Of a DNA stretch of 64,000 nt, positions 13,282-24,870 are shown piece after piece (position 1 is the stretch's first letter; each line of letters starts with the position of its first letter). Source of the stretch: Octopus bimaculoides (Eukaryota). The position numbers and the translations under genes were made by a program. The stretch lies in assembly GCF_001194135.2 (NCBI RefSeq), contig NC_068997.1, forward strand, positions 42,394,838 to 42,458,837. Reading direction: 5' to 3'. Below the pieces are notes generated by a model. It made no database searches. It saw only the letters and a program-made list of their open reading frames with translations, and was not told the origin of the DNA.

Positions 13282-13508
13282 GGCGGCGAGCTGGCAGAAA
13301 CGTTAGCATGGGCGAAATGCTTAACGGTATTTCGTCTGCCGCTACGTTCTGAGTTCAAATTATGCCGAGGTCGACTTTGCCTTTCATCCTTTCGGGGTCG
13401 ATTAAATAAGTACCAGTTACGCACTGGGGTCGGTATTATCGACTTAATCCGTTTGTCTGTCCTTGTTTGTCCCCTCTGTGTGTAGCCCCTTGTGGGTAGT
13501 AAAGAAAT
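13282..13508 (+). mobile_element. tRNA-derived SINE, family C (ggcggcgagctggcagaaacg head), young copy
   Basis: A-box TGGCAGAAACGTTAG, B-box GAGTTCAAATT, central gactttgcctttcatcctttcggggtcg. Other copies at about 27890, 55980, 57455, 58020, 60525, 60725, 62220 and 62475. Confidence 0.8.
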
Positions 13509-14559
13509 AACACACATACATACACTCACATGCATGCACACACACATGCATACACTCACACGCACACACACATGCACAGAAACACACACATGCACACACA
13601 CACATGCACACACATGCACACACATACATACACACACAAACAGGCGTGCACGTACACATACACACACACACATAGAAAAGAAATGGATAGCTCAAAACGT
13701 CACCACACATGTTTCAATACATTATTTGATGGCAACTGTATTGTTTATTACAGGAAATCAACCGCTCATCAAAAATTCTCTTAACCATAAAATCCTACAT
13801 CTCATAAGGATATAGCCTTTTGACCTCCCTCTTTTTAGTATATTCATACATTAACTTAGTTGTCTTCGCAGTTATGGTGTTTGATTAGACACAAGTTTTA
13901 ATATCTCCATCTCAGTTTGAAAATCCCTATTTTAGTCAGCTTGTTCAGAGGATTTTTTATCTTCATAGATTTATTGCATTTTGCTGAATGAGAGCTGGAT
14001 ATCACCTGAAGAAGGGGTTTACACAACAATGCATATTTATATGCTGTTGTATAATATGTTACGTTATGTATTTTGCATTGGTAATGACAATAGGTGGAGA
14101 ATTAGGGTGATGGAATGGACACCAAGACACTGGTCAAGATTAAGAGGTTGACCAAAGACAATATGGTGAGATAATCTCACTTGCTACATGGTGATGACTG
14201 GTCAGAGACAGACAGTGGTAGAAAGAGTCCAGAGAGGGGCTTCTCCTTCAGGAATGATGAAGCCCTGGATAGGGAATAAGTAGCCATGTTACTGAAATGT
14301 GTGTAGGGATGTTTTGAGCTATTCACACCTTTTGTTTTCTAAAATATACTCTGTGTAATAATAAGCACCAATTATACCTTTGATACATACACAGATTTCC
14401 AGGATACTTGGGGCTATTGAACAACTCATTAACTCTGTATGGACCGCTGTCCCGTCCAGCACATAGAATATGTTAAATTGTTTTGAATTTGGAAATAAGG
14501 ACATCAAGAACTATAATATTACTTAATAGACAGTCCCCAATAAAATGTGCCATAGAATT

Positions 14560-15200
14560 AGAGAATTATCAGGATGAACAAAATACAATTCCAATATACC
14601 ATATACTCTAGCCTACATAACAACACAAACTCAAGGGATACAGAAACATACAATATTATCCATCAAAACATTCCATTACTGAAGCAAGACCCATGGATGA
14701 AAAATGCATTTGAAATATTCAAAATAATTAAAAGCAAAAGACAACTAAAATCCATGAAGAAATTATTGATCCATGCCAAATTGCCTTCCCAAAACACAAC
14801 TCCAGTAGGTAAAAAGTGTAGTTGCCCTAACTACAAAACCTGCATCAACCTTATACAAGACATCAGCCTACAAATTCAGATCAGGACATATCTTCACTGC
14901 AAAAAGAAATCACTTCACCAGCTCATCAACAAATGTAATATCTACTGTTAAATGTAAAGGTTGTAAGGAAGATTATGTAGGGCAAACAAAACTTTGAGAA
15001 CCAAATTCACTATCCATAAGTAATAAATACAATGGTAGACAGGTTTTTCTAAACACTTAGACATTTATGCAACAAAGAGAAACATGAAATTCTTAATCTT
15101 CTCACTTTATCTTTGTTCCTATATAACAACAGATGACATTCAGATAAATAAAGAAAATATGTTTTTTAAACAATATAAACACAACCTAATAAGCTACAGC
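14560..15200 (+). mobile_element. Penelope-like retroelement 3' remnant (RT C-terminus plus GIY-YIG endonuclease)
   Basis: YNIIHQNIPLLKQDPWM...IIKSKRQLKSMKKLLIHAK, then TNVISTVKCKGCKEDYVGQT (GIY-YIG-like) and KENMFFKQYKHNL, with frameshifts. Confidence 0.7.
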
Positions 15201-15576
15201 AACATATTGAATAAGCATGGTCACAAATCCCTAAAATTTGAAATCCTAAAGCCTTGTTTGGAAATCTCCAATGAAATCTTTCTCAGGAAAAAAAAAAATC
15301 AACATCCATCCCCAAAAAACCCCTAAAAAAACAAAAGAAAAAACCCCAAATTTCCAGATTATACTGACTTCATCAAAGGATATATTAATAGCCTTGTTTG
15401 GACAGAACTGCTAAGCCATTTGACATCAGCATTATAATGCTTAAAATTTAATAATGCAACATGGCGTTAAGGAATCTTTAGAAGAACTGTCACACAAAAC
15501 ATGTGATAAGATTTTCCATATTCCATTACTTTTGAAACTTAAAATATATTTGTGAAACCAGTTTGGTAATTGTATA

Positions 15577-15799
15577 CTCTCTTTTACTCTTTTACTTGTT
15601 TCACTCATTTGACTGTGGCCATGCTGGAGCACCGCCTTTAGTCAAGCAAATCGACCCCAGGACTTATTCTTTGTAAGCCTAGTACTTATTCTATCGGTCT
15701 CTTTTACTGAACCGCTAAGTGACAGGGACGTAAACACACCAGCATCAGTTGTCAAGCGATGTTGGGGGGACAAACACAGACACACAAACATATACACAC

Positions 15800-15855
<56 letters not shown>

Positions 15856-16013
15856 GACAAGCTTCTTTCAGTTTCCAACTACCAAATCCACTCACAAGGC
15901 TTTGGTCGTCCTGAGGCTATAGTAGAAGACACTTGCCGAAGGTGCCACGCAGTGGGACTGAACCCAGAACCATGTGGTTGGTAAGCAAGCTACTTAGCAC
16001 ACAGCCACTCCTG
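15577..16013 (-). mobile_element. SINE family B, full-length copy with internal (TA)n/(CA)n microsatellite
   Basis: Head at 16013, CORE-like domain, microsatellite at about 15790-15852, 3' part ending tgaaacaagtaaaagag. Confidence 0.8.
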
Positions 16014-16149
16014 TAATTTTCATGAAATAAATTTTTTTAAATTGCATTTTCAGCACTTTTCTTTTCTTTATACTTCTTACTCATGTGGAAAACTGCATTT
16101 TCCTCTCTTTCTGTGTGTGTGAGAGAGAGAGAGATGGGGAGGGAAAGAG

Positions 16150-16180
<31 letters not shown>

Positions 16181-16701
16181 GAGAGAGAGGGAAAGAGAGA
16201 CAGAGAGCTCACCTTATTAAATGTTTGTGTGTCTTTATTTCCGAGTGTGCAAAGGTGTAAGTGGGAGGAGAAAATAATGTGTTTGTTTTGATTTGCTACA
16301 ATAGCCAAACAGCATAGCAAAGAGTGTCATACAGTGTGACTCAAAATTATGAGTGTGTACTGACATAGGTCATGACTTTGGAAATTTAGAGGTCAAAGTA
16401 AAAAAAGGGGGGAAAGAGAAAGAGCTGACTATGCTTCACAAGGTGAAGGCAGGGGTCTTATAATTTGTAGAAGTAGAACTTGTGCAGTAATGGTGGTGAT
16501 GGTAAGGCTGTTGATTATGTTGTGTGGCTATTTTCATGTTAATACGGAGATTTGTTTTGAGGGTGGGAGTGGAGTGTCACCACTCCTAACCAATTATTTC
16601 ATTTATATGACATAAGTATCTTGCATATGTAGATGGATATATATATTTGTGCATGTATGTGTGTGCGAGCGTGTTTGCATTTATTCCTATAGTCCAATAT
16701 G

Positions 16702-16753
<52 letters not shown>

Positions 16754-16992
16754 GTTGACTCCAGAAGTCTCTTACACTCATGCAAACACACACATACACA
16801 CACACACACACATATACTTGACTCCAGAAGTCTCTTACACTCATGCAAACACACACACACACACACACACACACCTTCTGAAGTCAAATATCTTATAGTT
16901 ACATTGTGTCAGCTGCTATTTATTTTACTGTGTTACACATCCTACTTTTGTGCATATCTTGGTTGCTTACTGATAAATGAGTACAAAGAACT

Positions 16993-17034
<42 letters not shown>

Positions 17035-17202
17035 CATGCATACATTCGTGCACATATACATACAGACACATGCATGCACATATACATATTTGAAAAAGAT
17101 ACATATAGCTCAATAGAGAGACAAATAAATAGAGAGAGAGATTATTTATATCTGTCTATTTGTTTTTATGTCTATCTGTTTCTTTATCTCTCAATATATA
17201 TG

Positions 17203-17240
<38 letters not shown>

Positions 17241-17250
17241 NNNNNNNNNN

Positions 17251-17290
<40 letters not shown>

Positions 17291-18218
17291 CAAATTCAAA
17301 AGGATATAGTGAACAAATATCCTAGTTGGTCAAACAACTTTATAACATCCTCATACCATTGCATTATTGAACATAAAACAACAGGGTATCCAACATATAA
17401 ATCCCCAAAGTATAAATATATATGTGTATATGCTTCTGTGTCTGTCCCTGCAACATCGCTTGACAACCGATTCTGGTGTGTTTACATCCCCATCAATTAG
17501 CGGTTCGGCAAGAGAGAGACTGATAGAATATGTACTAGGCTTACAAAGAATAAGTCCTGGAGTCNNNNNNNNNNNNNNNNNNNNNNNNNNNNNNNNNNNN
17601 NNNNNNNNNNNNNNNNNNNNNNNNNNNNNNNNNNNNNNNNNNNNNNNNNNNNNNNNNNNNNNNNTGTGTGTGTGTGAATTGAAGAGAAACAACTTTTTTT
17701 GTTCTGATGACAACCTCTTCGGCAAGCCTTAAAGAGATACTTTCCATCAATGAACACCAAACACATTCATGCTTGCATGTGCACGTGCTCACACACACAG
17801 GTATGTGTACATACAGACAATATAGTTATGAAATTGTTCTCCACCTAATTCTCCCAAGAAACAAGATACAGTGAACCATTTCTCAGACAATTTTTTTCTC
17901 TTTCTTTTATGTGTCTTTTTTTTCCTTTTTTCATTCATACAAATACTTTTTTTTTTCCATAGTTGTTCATACTTCACATCTTTTTTCCATTATTAGCTTT
18001 TTTTTTCCTTACTTTCTTTTTTCTTTGTCTAAACAAGTAATCAAATAAACATTTGCACATTTCTCCACAAATGCAACTGTCATGACAGGACAAAGGGAGA
18101 GGGAGAGATGTAATATGTTAATGCATGTATATGCACACACACACACATATTCAGACGAGGTGAAGGGGAGTTTAGGGGGAAAAAAAAAACACAAATAACA
18201 ACCAACTCTGCATTGGTA

Positions 18219-20210
18219 TTAGGGATCTCCGGAGAATTTTTCAACCACTTCTTGAATTTTCTTCACACACTCAGCACTAACATTCATCAAGTCAAATTTG
18301 AAAAATCCCTTCTCCACCAAACAGTTAGTGTCCTCAGCTGCCAAACAGGCAACTTTTTGAACCAAGTCCCTGTCTTTTGAAGAATTCACAACATTCATTA
18401 TGCCACAGAGTATTCTCACAGTGAAACCGTTTGGTGAGATTTCCTCCAGCTCCTCCTGTGTAAGATCTTCCTGTTCAGATAAGGAATCTCCAATTACTTG
18501 TTCTTTGCTATCCCTATCTGGAGACTCTTCAGAACTGAGTCTAGCAGTGTTTTTGTCTTTAGTGCTGCTCATTCGTGACTTTTCTTTATCACTGCTCTCT
18601 GAGTGATCAGCTACGTTTGGTTCAGTTTTCACGACTGGCTTATTGTTACTAGATTTTACACTTTCAATATCCTTCTTCAAACTTCGGCTATCGGTAAGAC
18701 CAGTTTCTATTTTCTCTTTCTTCACAATAGATTTGCCAGTTTTATCCCTAAATTCCTTACTTTTAGAGTCCTTTTCTTTAATATCTTTCATTTTCATATC
18801 TTTCGATGACTTAATGTCTTTGGTTGCTTTCAAATTGTCCTTAGACAGTTTGTCATATTTCTTGTCTTTGGAAACATTTTCTGAAGCTACTGGATTGTCT
18901 CGACTAATTTCCGGAGACTTCATTTCTTTCTCTTCCTTAGAGTGTTTAAGATCTTTACCTTCCTTCGGAGATTTCACACTGTCTTTGGGAGTTTCTTTGG
19001 AATCTTTTGGTGATTTCGTATTTTTGCTCTCTTTTGCTGATTTATCCTTCATTTCTTTTGGTGATTTCATCCCTTTTCCATCTCTGGGAGTTTTATTTTC
19101 TTTGCCATCTTTCAGAATCTTACCATCTTTATTCTCTTTCAGACTTTTACTCTCTTTGCTCTCTTTACTGCGGTTATCCTTGCCAATTTCTTTAGCCTTA
19201 GCATCTTTCTCTTTGCTACTCTTATCTTTTTCCTCTTTGTGAGATTTCATTTTCTCTTTATTCTCTTTCTTAATCTTATCCTTAGACTCCAGATTCAACT
19301 TCATCTCCTTCCCTTTCACATCTTTCCCATCTCGATCCTTGTTCTCTTTCACTTTCTTCTCTTCCCGTGAACTCTTCTCCTTCTCTTTACCATCTTTCTT
19401 TGATCGATCTTTCTCTTTTTTACTTTCCTTCTCTTTACTCTCTTTCTTCTCCTCCTTTGTGTGATCTTTCGAACCTTCTTTCTTGTCTTCTTTCTGAGAT
19501 TTTGTTTTTTTGTTCTCACCATCATAGTCAGAGCTGCCTGGAGCCGACTTTCTCTTCTCACTGGAACCTGTGTCACCCTTAGACTTAGAACTTGACTTGT
19601 GGGAACTTGAGGATTTGCTCACTGACTTGTTTGACGATGAATCTTTGTGGCTCTCTGGTGAAGTTAACACTGAACTGCTGCATGAGTTGAATGGATGGTC
19701 ATCATCATAATCATCACCAGCCTCATATGATGACAATAGTTTCGATGATTTCATACAATCTGTAGTTGATGGTGAACTGGGGTTACTTAGGTCACTGAAA
19801 TCAGTCAAGCTGCTGGCCTTTTCACTTTTGATCTGCTGACTTTTAAAACTTTCTTCCTTGCTGCTCACTGGTAGAAGTTTCTCTTTCTCACCCTTCTTGT
19901 CCCTTTCCTTCCCCGTGTACAGCTTGTCTTTACTCCGGTGTTTCTTGTCTTTTTCTTTGTTTTTCTGTCGGTCTTTATGCTTATCTTTCGACTTCTCCTT
20001 CGACGAAGTCTCTTTACTGTCATTATGTTTCTCTTTAACTTTGCCTTCTCCCAGGTTAATACTGAGTTTAATCTTCTTCCGTTCACCTTCTTCATTACTG
20101 GAAGACTCTAAAGGCCGTTTTGATGATTCTTTAGGAGACATTTTATCTTTAATTGACTTAGTTTCTTTTGAAGCAACTCCGCTGGTTATCATCTTTTGCT
20201 TCAGTTTAGT
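18219..20210 (-). CDS. MLLT3: AF9/ENL gene large terminal exon: Lys/Ser/Glu-rich disordered linker plus divergent ANC1-homology domain (AHD)
   Basis: Acceptor gattttattttcag|ACT (phase 0), 1992 nt open to the stop at 18219 (ORF track 18219..20192). The last ~70 aa align without gaps to the AF9 AHD: KDRDLVQKV vs RERHILQQI, FKFDL vs FDFDL, VKKIQ vs VRKLQ. Confidence 0.85.
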   Translation of the reverse strand, partial: TKLKQKMITSGVASKETKSIKDKMSPKESSKRPLESSSNEEGERKKIKLSINLGEGKVKEKHNDSKETSSKEKSKDKHKDRQKNKEKDKKHRSKDKLYTGKERDKKGEKEKLLPVSSKEESFKSQQIKSEKASSLTDFSDLSNPSSPSTTDCMKSSKLLSSYEAGDDYDDDHPFNSCSSSVLTSPESHKDSSSNKSVSKSSSSHKSSSKSKGDTGSSEKRKSAPGSSDYDGENKKTKSQKEDKKEGSKDHTKEEKKESKEKESKKEKDRSKKDGKEKEKSSREEKKVKENKDRDGKDVKGKEMKLNLESKDKIKKENKEKMKSHKEEKDKSSKEKDAKAKEIGKDNRSKESKESKSLKENKDGKILKDGKENKTPRDGKGMKSPKEMKDKSAKESKNTKSPKDSKETPKDSVKSPKEGKDLKHSKEEKEMKSPEISRDNPVASENVSKDKKYDKLSKDNLKATKDIKSSKDMKMKDIKEKDSKSKEFRDKTGKSIVKKEKIETGLTDSRSLKKDIESVKSSNNKPVVKTEPNVADHSESSDKEKSRMSSTKDKNTARLSSEESPDRDSKEQVIGDSLSEQEDLTQEELEEISPNGFTVRILCGIMNVVNSSKDRDLVQKVACLAAEDTNCLVEKGFFKFDLMNVSAECVKKIQEVVEKFSGDP

Positions 20211-21547
20211 CTGAAAATAAAATCAAGAACATGATATACAGCAGATATTTAATAGCCAAATATGTTAGAAACATCCAATGTGTGTGTGTGCGTGCACATG
20301 TATATATTTTTTGTTTATTTAGAATTACAAAAAACATGTTAGAAGTGTGTGGGGCATAACATATTTTTTGTCATATATAAATGTGATGACATATCTAGAC
20401 CTCAAGTTTTCATGCAATCACCTTATGGTCAGCTATATTCATTAACAGATTGTGAAGAAATTAGATCTGCTGACAAGTACAGCCAAATATAACATTGATT
20501 GCATGAAACCTTCAGGTCAAGATATACAATCCCAAATACCTCACACACACACATACATACATATATAGTGGTTAGAATGTTAGGCTCATGATTGTGGATT
20601 CAATTCTTGGATCTGGCAGCACAGTGTTTTCATTCATTTTACATTGCTCCAGTCAAACAGCTGCAACTGAGCACCAGAGATAGCAACAAACTGGTGTCCT
20701 CTTCAAGGAGCTTTTCAGTCCCAATCACTTAAATGCCTTAGGGAATGGGATAAGCTCCAACCTAATAAACCTGAATACATGAAATAGATTTTTACTCTGT
20801 GCATGTACACACACACACACACACACAAATATTCAACAGTGAAATGAAGACCAACATTTGTTTTTCAACACATTGCAAAGAAATAATTATCATTAATAAA
20901 ATCAACAACAATGACTGTAAGTGTTTTGCCATAAAAACTTCCAAACCATCATATTAATATGATGGTGTCATTATTGTTTCAATCTTACCTGTGTTAGTTT
21001 TGAACTTGCAGATATGAAGTGCTGCACTGGATATTATTGCTTGTTCTCTCATCTCTGGTTAATAAAGCACTCAACAGTCAGGTAGAAGTGATACCTATTT
21101 TGTAGTTAGACAAGCAAACCTAACATGTCTGCTGCCATAACACAATGGCTGCTCAAGTTAATGAGGGAACATATACAATGATTACTTGATGTGCTAGAAA
21201 TGGCAATTAAATTTCCCTCAAATCATACCCTACCATTCAGAAAACAAAAAAAATGCCATATTGGCTAACATAGTTAAAAGAATACTGCTTGAAATGAGAC
21301 AGCCATGGATAAAATGCCCTTGACAGATTTGCTCAATTAGGGAAACTTGGGGCTAAACAATACAATGATTGTTTCAGAGTCTTGAAGAATTCAAAGGCAA
21401 AATGTATGGCATCAGTTTCTATAAACTTGATGGAGGAATGTGACAGAGTAGTGATGTGCAAACAGCACAAAATACTTGTCTAAATGAGATCGCAGGTTAA
21501 AAAAATACATTCTTTGGGGTTTAATGCTGTCTTAAGACATCACCTAC

Positions 21548-21619
21548 CTTAGCAGACCCGTTGGATTTAATTGGTTTCATATCCTGTCTAATGGGTAGAA
21601 ATTGGGTGGGAGGCGCCGC
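21548..21619 (-). CDS. MLLT3: Candidate 72-nt in-frame exon of the AF9/ENL gene (AAPPTQFLPIRQDMKPIKSNGSAK)
   Basis: Acceptor cagtttttttagtgtttctgctttcag|, donor AAG|gtaggt. Phase 0/0 and open in the frame of the flanking exons. Keeps CpGs in a CpG-poor intron. Weak similarity to human ENL [21 protein letters not shown]. Not in the ORF track. Confidence 0.55.
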
Positions 21620-22909
21620 CTGAAAGCAGAAACACTAAAAAAACTGAGTGTTTACAAGACTCAATTAAGTGGAAGAGGATGGGTATCTCACTGGTTAATA
21701 ACAGATAGACCAAATAGAGAGGTTTACATCTGGCCGAATTGCTAATGATATACCTGACTGGGGTGAGGTTGGAGGGATGGGAAGGGTCTTTTTGACTATT
21801 TGCATCATGCTGACTGTACTGCATTGTGTTCCTGGCAGACTCATAACTACAGGTGGTCCAATTTCCATAGCTGTAAATAAGTACTATATAGAACTGCAGT
21901 TTTACCATAACAACATTATATAATTGAAAAAATGTTTCATTAGCATTCCTGGTTGAACAGGGGGAGGGGAATGATAGAAATCCATTCACGTGTATCCATC
22001 CTTCAACCACTACAGGTCAGTCATCAGCGATGCCTCAACTATCCAATTTTTATATATATTATATTTTAATTGCTCTAGATCCTCTAGTTTACATGTCATT
22101 CTTGGTTACAATGTTTACATCCCCTTTGACACTTTAGCAACTCTTTCATATAAGCCATGGGTATCTCTACAGGGTCACTCAGCCTGTTATATCAATACTG
22201 ATCTGTGTGTTAAATTGAGATTGACCAACCAGCATTATATCTAACTCTTCCTTCTTTAGTCATGGAAGGTACTCTGAATTCTCTGCTACATATTTAAATT
22301 GAGAAAATCACATTTGATAATATAGTCACAGATAAACTCTCTGAAAAGATAGGATGATCATAGCTAGAATGCTTTGTTCATAGGTCTACTTGAGCAGGAG
22401 TGATCTGGGACTAGACAGCACTTATTTCTCAATTTAAATATTTAGCAGAGCATCTTCCATGACTAAAGACAGAAGAGGTGGACATGATGCTTGTTGGTCA
22501 ATCACAGTTTAACAAGGAGATTTGCATTGATTAACTCAAGATCAACCCTTGTTCTAAAACTATTAGTTCGATTAAGTTCAAGATGGACATCAAATGCATC
22601 ACTTTCACCAGCACAAGAGATACGAGGAATTGTGCCACTTCTTCAAAATAACTAATAAAACAAATCCAAAAGTCACAATGGCCACATAAACCTAGAACAC
22701 TGATAAAATCCTGAAGTTACTACCTTTCAAAATATCTCATATATCTGTTCTTTTTGCAAATTTTTGAGAACAATGAAATATTCCACATTAAACCTGTGAA
22801 GAACCTCTTCTATCCATAGAACAAAATCTTAGCCCTAAACAAACTACACAGAAAGTGAGAAAAGACAAATGCCTTCTTTTTTCTTTGCTTTCCCTTTATT
22901 TATACTTAC

Positions 22910-23136
22910 TGCTCCAGCTTTGAATAGTTTCTCTTTGAATTCTTCAGTGGGGTTTTGAAAAGTTAATTTCTCACATCGTGAATTATTGACTGCTGGGCCG
23001 CCTAAACCTTGTAGAAACAGATCATACTCAAATCGGATCTTTTTTGGCTCTTCTTTGTTTTTAAAATAAAGTTCCACTGGTAATAAAAAGCCAGCATAAC
23101 CTGATTCTGTCACCTGGAATGGAGCTTCTTTAACAA
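22910..23136 (-). CDS. MLLT3: AF9/ENL gene exon 3, C-terminal half of YEATS domain
   Basis: Acceptor ttttttttctag|TT, donor GCA|gtaagt, 227 nt (phase 1 to 0). Translation [76 protein letters not shown] retains equivalents of Y78/F81/D103. Confidence 0.95.
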
Positions 23137-23559
23137 CTAGAAAAAAAATAATAATCAAATAAAATTAAAAAAAAAAAACAAAAAAAAACGTTTGAATACA
23201 CTGAAATAAAACAAAGAAATTTACAAACAAATAAATAATATAAAATTTTCTCTGAGAAAGAATATAGTTTCAGAGAAGATATACTGTGCTGAACTATTAT
23301 AGGAAGGAATTAGTAGACTGTTGAATATAATACAAGTATTTAAAAAAAAAGTGAATTGAGAATGTGGTGACAGACAGAACAAACAAGTAACCAAGCAAGT
23401 TCTTAGAAAAGAAACGAAAGTTATAGTTATGGCAGAAACAAAGGAAGAATAGAGCTTAATGTGAAAAGAAGAAATTTGTGTAAATAAGGACAATGCTTGA
23501 CATAAAACTGACAAGTGATCTGAAATCTGAAGAGGGTAGAAAGTAGTGAAACAAACTTC

Positions 23560-24545
23560 ATTATCATCATCTTTTTATATCTGTTTTCTATGCTGGTATG
23601 AATCAGATAGGAGGCGCAATGGCCCAGTGGTTAGGGCAGCGGATTTGCGGTCATAAGATCGCGGTTTCGATTCCCAGACCGGGCGTTGTGAGTGTTTATT
23701 GAGCGAAAACACCTAAAGTTCCAAGAGGCTCCGGCAAGGGATGGTGGCGAACCCTGCTGTACTCTTCTACCACAACTTTCTCTCACTCTTACTTCCTGTT
23801 TCTGTTGTGCCTGTAATTCCAAGGGCCAGCCTTGTCACACTGTGTCACGCTGAATATCCCCGAGAACTATGTTAAGGGTACACGTGTTTGTGGAGTGCTC
23901 AGCCACTTGCACGTTAATTTCACGAGCAGGCTGTTCCGTTGATCGGATCAACTGGAACCCTTGACGTCATAAGCGACGGAGTGCCATCAAACATGACTCA
24001 GACAGTTTGATAGGATCTAGAGATCAGAGAACTACATCTTGCTCCAACTCTTCATTTTGCGCTTAATTTCTACAGATGGATGTCCTTCTTCTCCTTTGTT
24101 AGATGAGACATCTTGAGATCATTTTTCACTGCCACATCCATAAACCTTCCTTGGTTTCCCTCTTCCACAAGCACCGTTCACTTTTGAACACTATGCACTT
24201 GCTTACACAGCTGCCATCTACCCACATCATGTGCCCATACCATCACAATTTCCTCTCTTTACATGCTACTTAATCTACTTATTCTCAGTTTCACTCTCAG
24301 TTCAGTTCACTGTTCATGCATGGTATATCTAGTGAAGCAGATTTGTCTCATTTCTTTCTCGTCATTGCAGAGCCTTCACATTTAAGGCCCACGTCTCGCT
24401 GCCATGCAGCAACATACTTTGTACACAAGTGTCATACAAGCTGACCCTAACCTTGAAGGAGAAAACCACTGTTGCCAGCAAAGATAAAAACCCCCTGAAC
24501 TTTCTCAAAACTATTCTTATACATGCTACCAAATTTTCAAAACAC
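23560..24545 (-). mobile_element. Old RTE LINE 3' fragment interrupted by a SINE, intron 2
   Basis: Minus-strand translation LYDTCVQSMLLHGSETWALNV; (gat)n-like tail at about 23560; split by the SINE at 23610-23990. Confidence 0.65.
23610..23990 (+). mobile_element. SINE family A copy
   Basis: Full head with A/B boxes; imperfect TSD atgaatcagata / atgactcagaca. Confidence 0.85.
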
Positions 24546-24547
24546 TA

Positions 24548-24870
24548 GTTTGCCTCTGCTGGTAACAAAGAGCCTCTCACACAGAGTGAAAGGAACACTG
24601 TATGACACGTGTGCGAACAGCCATGCTACACGGCAATGAAACATGGGCCGTGACTGCTGAGGACATGCGTAAGCTTGCAAGAAATGAAGCTAGTATGCTC
24701 CGCTAGATTTATAATGTCAGTGTGCATACACGACAGAGTGTAAGCGCCCTCAGAGAAAAGCTGGACATAAGAAGCATCAGATGCGGTGTGCAAGAGAGAC
24801 AACTGCACTGGTATGGTCATGTGTAGAGTATGGATGAAGCCAGTTGTGTGAAAAAATCTCACACCCTAGT
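24548..24870 (+). mobile_element. RTE LINE ORF2 fragment, opposite orientation to the adjacent copy
   Basis: LPLLVTKSLSHRVKGTLYDTCVRTAMLHGNETWAVTAEDMRKLARNEASMLR*...IRSIRCGVQERQLHWYGHV. Confidence 0.8.

Noticed and set aside
21588-22010. 140-aa minus-strand ORF as an independent nested gene
   Set aside because: No recognisable domain, non-ATG start, and it overlaps candidate host exons in other frames.
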